From: Takakia lepidozioides
Lineage: Eukaryota; Plantae; Bryophyta
Direction of reading: 5' to 3'
DNA: 64,000 bases
Assembly: GCA_030704615.1 (NCBI GenBank)
Contig: CM060733.1
Location: forward strand, 29,202,001-29,266,000
Part shown: piece by piece, positions 1 to 26,901 of the stretch
How positions within the stretch are numbered: position 1 is the stretch's first letter
Layout of the letters: each line of letters starts with the position of its first letter
Position numbers and translations under genes: made by a program
Notes under the pieces: model-generated
Databases searched by the model: none
The model's input: only the letters and a program-made list of their open reading frames with translations
Told to the model about the DNA's origin: nothing

Positions 1-1130
1 TATCCTGGCTAACTCCACTCTTGGATTACTTCATCCTCTGGCGGTGTCGAGTCGAGGAATTGCTTTTTGAGCTACTCGTACATCTCTGGCATGGAGAATG
101 GTATGTCCATGAAGGTTTCTGGTGAACAAACATGACATTTGATGGCAAACTAATCCCTGATATCTTGTGCTAAGCCCTTTAGCTCTACACCATCTACGTG
201 ATCCGGTCACCGTACATTGCTCTCTTGGCTGGTCTACTATAGCCAAAGCCTTGTGTCAGAAATAAGAAACCTGAAAATGAAGGCTTGATGATTTTTCTCT
301 CTCTCTCTCGCTCTCCTTCCTTGAATGTGGCTAAGTTCTATGTACCAACATTCAAGAATTGCAGCCTGATCCTGTTATTTTGTTCAGATGTTGCATTGAA
401 TGGAACCGGAAAATGGAGGATGGGATGACTCATTAGGTTCTCCCTAGGTCTTAACCTAAAATAGCTGCCCTGTAGGGTTAGAAAGCCTGGCCACTTCTCT
501 CATAATAAACAGTCAGCTACTTCAGCTCTTGCCTGCTCCTCTTCCAATAGGGATTTGTATAGGGAGGTATGGAGGCAGATCTGGGTTGAGACGGTTTGGG
601 TGCTTGTTGGTTATGAAGTCACTACGCTCACCCTCCCATCCTTGTGGTTAGGGTGGGGTTACTATGTCAATGGTTGCCAAGTAGACCAACAGTTCCAATG
701 GTGAGTGTATATAATACACACCCACCCTTCCTCTTAAGTAGAGTTGTATGTCTTGAAAATCTGCTGTTTCGACTATTTTTTCACTAAGTCAGAAATCTCT
801 AAGCAACTGTAATGGATTGGGGTATGAGCTTTATGTCATCGTACTGCTATTCTGAGAACTGAAAAACTATGAGGGCCTGTGATGGTGCCTGAGAAGGCTG
901 TAAGGTGAGATGCTGTGACGCTCCATCTGTTTCTATGTGTGATCATTTTCAGTTTTGACCATGAACTGTCTAATCTCTCTCTGGTCCATTTTGGAAAGCT
1001 ATAGCATGCAAGAGGGCCTGCCAACATCCTCACTAACCCAGTATGCTTGTGGCATTTTCTGGGACGGCTGCAGGTGAGGGCCACTCTTCTTCTAATTTTT
1101 GAGTTCTTGTATGAAATCAGCCGTTAACCA
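1..1130 (+). mobile_element. Highly degenerate dispersed repeat (family C, possibly L1-like LINE remnant)
   Basis: Segment catcctcactaac...gggacggctgcaggtgaggg (1025-1080) recurs at ~48002-48060 and ~50458-50515. No intact ORF. Confidence 0.35.
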
Positions 1131-1210
1131 ACTTTCAAAATCTCGAGGCTGGGCCTAAAGCCCTGTTCCCTTATATCAACGTGAGTCCCACTACTGGAGT
1201 GAGCTCCTTC

Positions 1211-1309
1211 CAAAGGTAGTGTCTGTTCACTCTTGTTCTGCCCAAACTGGGCGCGGGGTTATGGCAACAAGGCTGTGGCAAACAACGTCTCATGAGTACA
1301 TTCTCTCTC
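1211..1309 (+). mobile_element. LINE family A, 3'-terminal fragment
   Basis: caaactgggcgcgggg...ggcaaacaacgtctcatgagtacattctct matches the 3' ends at 5120-5185, 22070-22133, 35915-35975 and (reverse) 53035-53095. Confidence 0.75.
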
Positions 1310-2404
1310 ATGTACACACACAGCCCAGTGCGAAAGATAGGTCAATCACAGCCACATTGTGAAATTGGAGAAAGAGTATGCATAACAAGCGAACTTCTTC
1401 ACCGACATGGAAGAACTTAAGCAGGGATGGCTCAAGGACATGTAACGTACATGAAGAAGAGGCAAGCAGTTTAGAGACTGAACAACAAAACACACAAACA
1501 ATTACATTTTCTGTACCTTTCTGAGCCTGAGTCGTCATAGCCATCACTTGCAAGGCTCTCCGGAGCATTGCCAACCTGGATACCCATTTTCGCTCCATAG
1601 CCTGGCTCGTGTATCTACTACATGATATCAAGCCTCCCGCCCTTTCACCGCAAGTAGAAAACAGGGCCTCGGGCACGGCCTCACGCATCGCGCATAGCAG
1701 AGCCCCGGGGCAAGCTGCCATGTGCGAGAAAGCGAGGACGAAGCGGGAGAGCAAACACGAACTAGCTAACAGTTACAAGTAGGAATTTTGTGACCTTTGG
1801 CTACACTTGCAGCCTAATCCCCACCTCGCATCCCGCCTAATTCTTGCAGGAGTGCCGAGTCCTCTTCCGTGATGGAGGCTAATATGGCTTGAATGGCTGT
1901 GTTCATGCTAGTCAAAGCAAGAAACATTGCATCACCCAAGGCTGTGTCTATATCATCTACCGCCATCAATCCCCGAGGATGGTTCAAACCACTGCTACCT
2001 CGGAATCCCAAACCTGGAAATGACTGGAAAATCTCTTGCAAAACCAGAATCAGCTGGGCTGCCATGAGAATCAGTTGTTGCTGGTGCTCAGTTGTCATTG
2101 TGGGTCCTGGTGGATTCATGATGAGAGAAATGGAGCTTACAAAAGGATGAACCTGCTGCATGCACAGTGTGGAGTCACATGCTCAACTCGAAAGAAGCCC
2201 AACTTTGACACCTACGAACTCGCCAGAATGTAACGGAATCACCGTAGTAGGACGGGTTTCTTGCTTTTAATGTGAAAATCAGAAAAGAGGTAGGGCCGCC
2301 ATAGTAGCCATAACATGCAGCAGGCCGTTCAGATCATCCTTAAGCTATGCGCCTAATCTTTAGCAGAGCGGATCCTTCTGTGGGACTTCCTGGCTGCTAA
2401 GGTC

Positions 2405-2520
2405 CGACTGGAAACAAGTTCAGGGAAGTTGTATGCATGACTTCATTTCTAAAAGAATTAGAGAGAGAGGGAGAGAGAATGTATTCACAAGAGGTGGTTT
2501 TGCCGTGGCTCTTTACAAAT
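2405..2520 (-). mobile_element. LINE family A fragments (internal piece plus diverged tail)
   Basis: gactggaaacaagttcagggaagtt also occurs at 46918 and 53559. The reverse complement of 2470-2510 resembles the family A tail. Confidence 0.5.
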
Positions 2521-3232
2521 GAATAACTAAAATGGCAGGGCCTTAGTGAGTGTGTCGCGCCTTGCTCAACTTGTTTAGAAAAGAAAGTCCTGAGCCCAAA
2601 GAGGTTGTTGGAAGGGAAGAAGGAGAGACAGAAGCTCAAACAAAGACCCAAGGATCGTCCATGAAAGTTAAGATGCAGGGCTCTACAGATTTTGAATGAG
2701 AGCCAAAACTTTCAAAACACTTCGGTTCCTAGGGTCGGTTTAATAGATGCACATAAGACTTTTCCGGAGGCCTATATTCTCACATACACTACCCCATAGC
2801 AGGAGGTTTATAGTTTATACATAGGGGAAAATCTGTACCATATGAAGCATAGTTTTATGCCATGCTCTCCAAAATTTGAAAGGCCCAAATCATATCACAG
2901 ACAACTCATACTGCTTCCATGCATATTGATGAATTTGCCGACTCTCCAGCACCACTCCTGATCACTCTTTGCTACCTGGGTGGCATCATAATATAACCTT
3001 ATGGAGCTGCATTTGCCAGACTCTTCAGCAGTTAGAGCAAAACTTGTTTTCGCAAAGACCACAAGTTCAAATGAGCCCATGGTAGAGACTTGAGGTGAGT
3101 CAAAAACTCATAGGGAATATTTGAAGAGCCAGTCCTCCTGATTGAGAACTATCTCCAATTGTCATCCTGTAAGAGCAGATCTGCACTAGCATGAATTTGC
3201 TGATAGACTGGAATTTTCCAGCTTTCAGATGG

Positions 3233-6702
<3,470 letters not shown>

Positions 6703-7734
6703 CTGCACAATTGCCAAATCTGACAATGAGCTCAATTCAAGGTATGCACCAATAGCACAGAATGCTTGACTCCCATTCAAACACAGCCTAGTGACTAGGG
6801 CACTTTGGCCGCCTATAGTTGGTCCTGGGTTCAAATTTAATGCCTGGGGAACTTGGGCTGCCTAACGCTACAGGGTTCTTTCTTCTTTCCCACGTAAAAC
6901 AGTTTTTGTGCAGGAGATATTGCCACGTTTCAAGAGTGAAGGGCCAGATTTCCATCAACTCGCCATACTCCCTTGGAACGATCCCTGTAGGAATCATCCC
7001 GGGTCGACGGTCAGCCGTGTCTCCCCGGTGGAAATTGGCGGGTAGGTCAAACCCGACCCCCGTCTCGGCCTCGCCCCTGCTTCTATGTATAAGGTGGAAT
7101 CATCCCGTCAGGGATTCCACACTGCACAGTATGTTTCGAAAGCATATTGCACGTGTCCGTAGCTCGTGCATGAGCCAATGCATGGCCGTCCCAGTGAAGG
7201 CCAGGGACCACGCAAACGGATCTTTGGTACGTGTGCATGTTTGTCTTCTCACCGGTTTTTTCCAGTCACACTTGTTAATGCATCATAGCCCCTCCGTGCA
7301 GTGCAGGCCCCGCAACTAATAACTTAGCAAGTGATTCGGCCGGGTAAGTCATAAAATTATGCACTTATTATGTCACCTTATAAATTGTTAGTTTCTAGTA
7401 GTATGTTCAAGATTCTTTCATCACTCATAGCCTTGAAGTCGAACAGGTTCTTGGCACCAATTGGGAGCAAGGAATGAAACGCGGCCCTTAACTTACATGT
7501 GTGAGGATCTGAGACACATATGGATGGTCCCATCCATACATGATATGTGCATGGGAGGAGTGTTGTGCAAGCGAGCCAGATGCCGTTGGTCGACGAGTCT
7601 TGTCGTAATTGTACCTGTTTGGGGATTTGAGCCCAGTAGTAGAATGAACTACCTTCTTGTATTTTGAGTGGACGTTTCTCCTGTTTTTTTTCCACTTTCA
7701 AAAACAGAAAGAGATTGCACTGGTGGTTTTTTTC

Positions 7735-7908
7735 AACCGCCTGCCAAGGCGCCCTACCGGTTGAGCCACATAGAGTTGGTCGAGCTGAAGACTCAGCTCA
7801 AGGATCTAATGTCAAAGGGGGATATCCGGCCGAGTAAGTCACCTTACGGAGCCCCGGTGCTATTTGCAGACAAGAAGGATGGGACGCTGCGGATGTGTGT
7901 CGATTACT
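7735..7908 (+). mobile_element. Ty3/gypsy reverse transcriptase N-terminal fragment
   Basis: [10 protein letters not shown]...[42 protein letters not shown] is the canonical gypsy RT start. Confidence 0.9.
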
Positions 7909-9123
7909 ATTACTGGAAAAATGTAGTTTGACCAATGTCATTTTACAGATTTTTTATTTCTCTTGACAGAATGACCTCCACATTCACAAACCGCGGAGGG
8001 GGGCAAAATGGAAATTCCACTACATTAAGAATCTACTGTTGTTCAAAGTTCACTGTTGTCAAATTCGGAGAACGGCTGCACTCTCCTCCTCTCCCATCTG
8101 CAAACAGCTAACTTAACCCAGCCCAAGCCTTCCCCCCCTCGGTCATCAAGTCAGACAACATTTTGAACAATACATGCTTGATACTGGGGAGGGAAAGAGC
8201 ATCTTCATTTTCATAGTTGCCAGAGATTAGCAGCACATAGGCTTGCCCGGGGACTGTCCCATTCCTACTCACCAATCCCTGCGCCACCTTCCAGTTAGCA
8301 TACTTCCAACTTCATGCACCCGCCTCCATACCCTGTCCCATAGAGCACAGGAGAGAATTTATAACACAAGTCAAAACAAAAATGATGAAAACTCGGAGGG
8401 TGAATGAGCTTCCATCCCCTGTTAAAAAAGAAAAGAAAAGAAAAGACGAGCAAGGTCGTTTGAGGGCCAGACCGGAGTGGCTTGCGCAGGAAGTAAAGCG
8501 ACGGCGGGGCCCAGCGAGCGTCGCCCGCGCAGTCATGGGAACGCGAGAAGGGATTTGTACGTTTTCCTCTGGGAATGTGCGGGGAAGACGGAGGCGGTAC
8601 TATTTATATGCACGGGATCCTTTTGGATTACACCCTCCGTTCTCTGGTCTTGAAGTTCTGTGTTGGCAATCAACTGTGCGGGAGTTTGGTGCAAGGCAGG
8701 CGCACGGAATTCAGAGAGATCCAAGGAGAGACGGAGAGACGGCTTTTGAGTGAAATTTTTGAGAGTCTGAGACGGAATCCTGAGACTCTATCGCCAGCAC
8801 AGAGGGGGTTGGGATACATTTGATTCTCAGATTTAACATCAATTTGGGGGTTTTGCATTCATTCAACTACAGCGCAATAGCATTATTTCTTCTCCCCTAC
8901 TTTCATTCTCATTGTGCTGGAAGAAGTTGGTGTGAGCTAAGGATAAATAGCGATTCTGAGCTCAGGTCAATTTTGTTCGACCAGAGGGTGAGAGATATTC
9001 AAGGAGGTATACGTTCAATTAAGGAGGAAAACGAGATTTCCTGATAACAGTGGGCACAGACATAAAGAGGGAGAGAGAGGGCGCAGCACGGACAGTGCAG
9101 GAGAACTGCAACCGGAGCCCCCA

Positions 9124-20655
<11,532 letters not shown>

Positions 20656-21073
20656 AAAATTCCAGTCTTTCATCATTTTCATGTTAGTGCGGATCCTTCT
20701 TACAGGGTGACAATTGGAGATGGTTCTCAATCAGGACGAATGGCTATTCACAGATTCCCCCATCAGTTTTTGACTCGCCTCAAGTCCCTACCATGGGTTC
20801 GTTTGAACTTGTTGTCTTTGTGAAAACAAGTTCTGCTCTAACAGCAGAAGAGTCCGGCAAGTGCAGCCCCAGAAGTCCTTGCTGGTTATACTATGATGCC
20901 ATCCAGGTAGCAAGACTGATCATGAGTGGTAAACCGCAAATTCATGGAAGCAGTATAGATGTCTGCAATATCATTTGGGGCTTTCAACTTTTGGAGTGAA
21001 TGGCATGAAACTTTGCTTCATATGGTACAGTTTTCCATCTGCTTAACCTCCTATGGAATAATGTATGGGAGAA

Positions 21074-21152
21074 TAACTCACCCCCAACATGGGGCAGTAG
21101 CCGCAAGGTGGAGTGGCTCTTAGTTGCGACCGGAGTCCTCTATCTCTCTCTC
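21074..21152 (+). mobile_element. Short 3' end of LINE family D (same terminus as the 25.0-26.27 kb element)
   Basis: ggggcagtagccgcaaggtggagtggctcttagttgcgaccggagtcctctatctct resembles 26206-26270. Flanked by tatgggagaa at 21064 and 21153. Confidence 0.7.
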
Positions 21153-21162
21153 TATGGGAGAA

Positions 21163-22132
21163 CAAAGCGCTGAGTCTCACTAAAAATTTTCACTGCAGAG
21201 GGATTAGCTCTGAGGTCAAGAAAACCTTACTTTGCCGCGTTATTAGACCTGCCTTGGAGTACGGATCTGCTATATGGGTTGATAACTCCAACCAGGCTAA
21301 GTCTCTAGAATCCATTCAAGTGGGGGTGCTTAAGGAGTGCATGTCAGCATGCTCCAAAACAGCCAATGTGGCTGTTCGGGGTGAGTTTGGCATCCCTTAA
21401 GCTCCCGACAAGATGAATTCCAGGTCAGATGGTGGGGTCAGTTGCAACACATGTCCAACAGCAGATACCCTAAGTTAATCGACTCTATATATTGGAAACA
21501 GGACCGCCCTGTCAAACAGGCTAAGTCCTGGCAGAAGAGAGCAGAAGAGATTCTCAAGGATTTAAATCTGGACCCGCAAGTCTTGACCTTGCTGGATAAA
21601 TCTGACTTAGAGACTGTAGTGTCCAAAGCCATGTCTGTTACCAGCAAATTGTCTGATGCAAATGAAGTTAGGCAGAAAACTTCCCTGAACCTGTTCCCAG
21701 TCTGTGACATGGGGGAGGATATCATGTCAAGGGTCTACCCACTCTCGGCACCAGACTGAAATTTAGACAATATTCATTTTCTGATTCACTGTCCGGGGTA
21801 CTCTCACCAGAGAGAAGCTCTCCTCCAATCTATCAAGAGAATTGTGCCTGTACCTCTGTTTACCAACTTTGCAAGTCTCGAGGCTGAGCCAAAAGCCCAG
21901 GCCCTTCTGAGGCCTAGTTTTTGGGCAAATCACACAGAGCAGATTGATGCATGTGTGAAGGATTTCCAGAGGATATCTGGAAAACCTGAATTAATTCTAT
22001 TTATAAAGGTAAGTCTTACTACCAATGTCAGCCCCTGACGGAGGTAGGTTCTGTCCCTTTGGTTTCTGCTCAAACTGGGCGCGGGGTCAATGGCCACAAG
22101 GCTACGGCAAACAATGTCTTATGAGTACATTC
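21163..22132 (+). mobile_element. LINE family A (RTE/RTEX-like), 5'-truncated copy
   Basis: RT thumb-like LLCRVIRPALEYGSAIW...AVRGEFGIP, then tail gagtacattct. TSD tctatgggagaaca at 21151 and 22131. Confidence 0.85.
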
Positions 22133-22336
22133 TATGGGAGAACATACACCTCTCGAATAGTCTTATAAGCATCTGTCAAAGCATCTGAAAGTTCATTCTT
22201 TCCTTCTTTCCTTCCAAATATATCTTCGGCTTAGGCCCAGGCTTTACTAAACAGGTTGAATAAACCCAAAATGCGGTCCCCCACCTAAATTGATGATCGA
22301 ATTTGGAGATCCCAACACTATGCAACAGAAATAAGA

Positions 22337-23060
22337 AATCAAATCAAATCAAGTATTTTATAATGTCCGCGGAAAGCTCAACGAGCTTATGGGACAAAAT
22401 GAAAAAAAAAACGAGAGGAAACAAAACCAGAGCCCAAAAAAAACCAGCCCAAAAGCAAGCACTGCTCGAGGGATTGTCCAAGGGTCAAGGCCTCGTGCAG
22501 GTAAGCTGCCAAGCATTTCTGATTTTCATAGTGGAAGACTTCAGTGGGAGATTGAGTTCCGCGGAATAGACAGTGGAATCTCCCACGGATCTCGTAGTAA
22601 GAGGGCAATAGAAGAAGAAATGTTCTTCAGTTTCAATTTCCTGGTTGCGCCCGGTGCAAGCTGGGCATAGGCGGTCCTCCCGTTCGAGGTTTTCCCATCT
22701 GCTAGTCTCTATCCTGAGATTGTGGGAGCCCACCCTGAATCGCCCCAATGCCCTAAGGAAGGAAGGAGATAAAGGCGCCGAAAGGTAATTGAGCCGCAAG
22801 ATTTTATCACCTTGGAGAACCAAGAATGTCTCTGGACAGAAAAGGAGTTTTGTTGTGAAATTGGGTAGCTTCCAAGTTCTCCTGACATGTAGTTCCATAA
22901 ACTCCCTTCTAATGAGTCTGTTGCGATCCTCTTTGGATGTGATTTCCACCCCTTCTGGATTCTTTGGCAATAGTGAAGCAATAGAGAGTCCACTGCACTT
23001 AAAAACTGCACACTCGAGCATACCAGGAGTGCTTGAAACCTGCTGTTTTGAGCAAGAAAT
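22337..23060 (-). mobile_element. LINE family B (RTEX-like C-terminus), 5'-truncated copy
   Basis: LGRFRVGSHNLRIETSRW...RLCPAC...ETEEHFFFYCP Zn-knuckle, 3' UTR and (ATTTG/C)n tail at 22337-22355. Confidence 0.85.
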
Positions 23061-24999
23061 GAGTGAAGGAACAGAAAGCTCAAGACAAGAAAGAATGCAG
23101 AGCCCTCAGCAAGCAGCGCAAAAGTCGGGGACAGATAGAGACTTGCCTGATTCGTTGTGCAAGAGGAGCAAGTTCATGACATCTAGAACCAAGCATATGC
23201 CACATGTGGCGCTGGATCCTAAAGAAGAAGTGTCATCCAGGACTGGAAAGATCCATGGCAGAGCTTGTCGGTTGGAGGAAAGTTTCAGTTACTTGGGTGA
23301 TCCAGAAGGTAATCCATCGTGTCGTGAAAGTGATTTATGAACCGGGATTCACAACAAAGATAAGCCGATCAATCATATGGCAATGGGCTATAAATCTATA
23401 AATGTAGTGAAGCCCTGATTGGCCTGAAAAGTTGTCTAGGCATGGATCAGTTTTTCCTAGGAGAACCATCTCCAGAATCTATGGATCATTGTTATGGTTG
23501 TAGAGGTGGTGAAAACTGTAGAAGTTAGGATGTATGGAGGAGAGGTGAGAACCCTTGCAAAGTTGTACATCTCATGAATGACGGGACATATTCAAGACGG
23601 TCTTCTCTTGGAGATTGGTACATATTCACTCAAAAATCGATTTAGAGGCTTACAACATCGTAATGGAATGTCACAAACTCTGTTGGAGATGTAATTTTGA
23701 GCGAAAAGGGGGCGAAAAGATGACAATTGTATGCATTAGTCTGATATAAAAAATGCATATCTCGACATATAACTCATGATTTGGGATAAAATTCATCATA
23801 ACATTCTATAAGATAGGTTTGTTGTTCTTGTACCCATTCCAAACTTCTGTGGCCTTATCAAATTGTGAGTAGTGTTGGTTGAGGCCCTTGACTGTCACCC
23901 AACTTGTCCCCATTGAGACCTTGTTAGAGGAATGACATTTGATCAACGTGAATTCTGAAAGTGGTGGTGTTGTGTCTTTGTCAATCCAATGAAATGAGTA
24001 ATAAAGCAGAGCCTCGAGCGGACTTTTGTGCATCATGTCTGTGATAATCTCGTTGCCTTCCTCTGCTCAGTTCCTTGTGGAAATTCTTTCACTTGCGGTC
24101 TCTCGTCCTTGCTTCGATGCTATCTTCATGCCAAAACAGAGAAACATTGAGAACTTGAATGGCACACTTCAAGTGTCATCCTCTGCTATGTCGTCTCACA
24201 CCCTCAAGAAAAATCAAGTACTTGTGCACAATCAACATACACATATTTTCATTTGAAAGCCCATCTTCATCAACTTGGAGTTGTATATTTATCATCTTGG
24301 TAAAAATGTACCTTGTATAATTATACCATATCTTTGTCGAGCGGATCACCCTTGCAAAGATTTGAAACCACTTCAATTGTTGAGTTGACAATAAATGCTC
24401 CACTAGGAGGAAAAGTAATAATATTGTTCAATATGCCTTTCCGCACATCGATGACCTGCAAGCCAGTCTCCTCAAAGTGAGACAGTTTATTAAAGTCTAC
24501 AATTCGCACTCCCATCGTCCACACTAATAACGCATGCGAGATACAATTTAATTCAACTGTAACAAGCAAAACACATCTGACATCGCTGCAAGGAAGGATG
24601 CTACAATTGTGCACCACTGAAGATACAGTTCCACTGCTCTCTACATGTACATTGACGAGGGAATGACAGACCTGCAAAATATCTCCAGCTTGAGGGCAAA
24701 AAAGATGAGCTTTCTCAATTATGAACAATTGCTCATTCTCGTGGAGCGCTAGCCTCGCTGAAGATTGGTACATTTCAAGGAAGATGAGTATACTAGTGCT
24801 GATGGAAATAAACTTCAATTAGTCGACTGAGATCGCAAATCCCAAACCACATATGGAACAGAATGCGCAACATGAGAATTGAGCAGATTCAAGCAGTTTC
24901 ATACACCTAATCATTCCACAATTTCATTCCACAATTTCATTCCACAGGACCTCGGTTCACTATTTCTTCTTTGTAACCCGCACGGTTGATGATAGCTGT

Positions 25000-26272
25000 A
25001 ATGAGGTTTTGGTCTGGGTGGTGAAGGTGGCTGGAGACCACCCCATACACTTTATCAAAGTTTGCTCCCACACCAGTATCACCGGCAATGATAATGCAAA
25101 CCTTCTCGCCCTACCGACTGTGATGACTGATAGGGGGTCGGTGCACCAACCACGCTGGCGGATAGCGAGGATAAGGGGGGCATATTTTTGTCGTTTCTCT
25201 AAGGTGGAGGGGGCTGAGTATCGGTCATGACAATATATGAATTCAACGAAGTGAATGGTGAGTTCTGGAGAAGGGAAAGTGGATAGGGGGGTATTGATGG
25301 GTAAGCCTTAGACAAGTAGGATATCCGGGCAGAGTCTGGAGGGGCAGGTACAGGGTGAATGAGGACAAATACACGAAAGGATCCAGTGAGGGACAGTATG
25401 GTCAGGAGGTCAGCCTTGGTAGGTACCAGCATTGATGAGTGAGAACCATCTGGTTTTTGATCGGGTCATGAGAAATTTATGGATGTACCAGACTGCGTAA
25501 TTATGACGAATGATGCGGAGACCATGTATAACAGGGTGAATACACTGACTAAGGAGATGGGGCCAAGTATCTCGTACTAGATGTGTATGTGAGCATAAAG
25601 GGCAATTGGGGGATGGGAATAAGCGTGGCCAAAAGATGTACTTACGTTGATGTCCCATGTATTGAGTGTAGCGAAATTTGAGTGTTTGTCGGATTTGCGC
25701 ATCAGTGACAGTCTTGGTGTGCCAGAAATAGTTTGATAACTTATGGTGAAGAATTGTAGATTGTGTCCATTTTTGGATATGGGCTTTGGTGTGGCTGGTA
25801 GAGGTTAAGGCTTGTTTGTTTGCTTTTCATGTGAGAATGGATTGTAGGTTACATATGGGCTTGGTGGTTGGGGGTTCTGGTGTTGGATGAATTAGCCAGA
25901 ATGGGTGGATGTGAGCAATATGGATGGGGTCGGCCATGGGATCCAGTGGCTTCATACCGCCAGTATAAACGCGTTACACGATAAGCTTAAAATTCCTATC
26001 CCCCCCATCCACAAATGCTTTAAGGCCATTCACCTCATTACGCTTCGCTCCCTAATAGCTATCATTACAAATAAGCGGCAACTCGAATCCAATCCCTCTG
26101 CAGAACCCCAGGGTACCCTAGGTACCGCTATCCTATCTGTTACTTCCCCATGGTTACCCGGTGTCCCATAGACACATGTTTCTTTATAGGGCCCAACCCC
26201 AAAAGGGGGCAGTAGCCGTGAGGCGAAGCGGCTCTTAGTTACGCCGGCTTCGGCCGGAGTCTTCTATCTCTA
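25000..26272. mobile_element. LINE family D relic with RNase H and restriction-like endonuclease (Dualen/RandI-like), internally inverted
   Basis: Plus 25030-25110: IHFIKVCSHTSITGNDNANLLA (RNase H end). Minus 25940-25110: LKFRYTQYMG..CPLC...HLLSQC..RHN..., IHFVEFIYCHD...EKRQKYAPL...GW (CCHC + RLE). Plus 25950-26100: C-terminal helix ..IITNKRQLE, then 3' end. Confidence 0.7.
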
Positions 26273-26329
26273 GTTACAAACTACCTCCATGGAGGTAGTT
26301 ATATAGTCAACACCAACCACCGAAACACG

Positions 26330-26400
26330 TTCGCGGAATGGAACCCCAAACCTGCATCGCTATATCACCATCGACCTACCACTAGACCACAACCTCCACC
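26330..26400 (-). mobile_element. Degenerate tRNA-derived (SINE-like) head
   Basis: Reverse strand has A-box-like TGGTCTAGTGG and B-box-like GGTTCCATTCC about 33 nt apart. No proper cloverleaf. Confidence 0.35.
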
Positions 26401-26830
26401 ATGCCAACAAATTGTCGTTTTTTTTCATATATTAGAGAAACAGGGTAATAGGAACCGTTTAAATGTAGTGGGGCCCGCAGTCAGGTCCTTGTCCCCTTTG
26501 CATGGTGCGGCCTCATTACGAGGAGGCCACACAAAATTCAGAGGCATTTCAAAGGCATGCAATAGCCATGTGGGGCCCCATGCAATAGCGAACGGAGACA
26601 AGTTGCTAGATGTTCAGTCTTTTTTTCTTAATTTTTTTTTTCAATGACTTGGGGTGCATATTCTCTTCCGTTGTGGCAATTGTACAATGGATGAAGTACT
26701 AACGTTAGACTCTGTGAGTTAATTTCAGAGCCACCTTTTTGTAGGGCTAGATATTCCTTCATTGCTTAGAGGTTGATTATTTGATGGTGATTATTTGATG
26801 GAATTGCATTATAATCAGCTTTATGCTTTT

Positions 26831-26901
26831 AGTGACCTATTCCGAATCTGGAATATGACTGTGAAATTCTACAGCCATATTCCGATTCAGAATAGGTCAC
26901 T
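26831..26901. repeat. Imperfect 71-bp palindrome (MITE remnant?)
   Basis: agtgacctattccgaatc...gattcagaataggtcact. Confidence 0.6.

Noticed and set aside
1308-2233. Several overlapping ORFs of 65-148 aa
   Set aside because: No recognisable domain or splice structure.
6790-7380. Possible transposon at the duplication breakpoint
   Set aside because: No convincing TIR, TSD or coding motif.
23500-24850. Coding-like stretch with ORFs of 75-165 aa
   Set aside because: All frames are interrupted and I recognise no motif. It needs a translated search.
26279-26300. Perfect 22-bp palindrome AACTACCTCCATGGAGGTAGTT
   Set aside because: A single occurrence at a junction between TE fragments, with no evidence of function.
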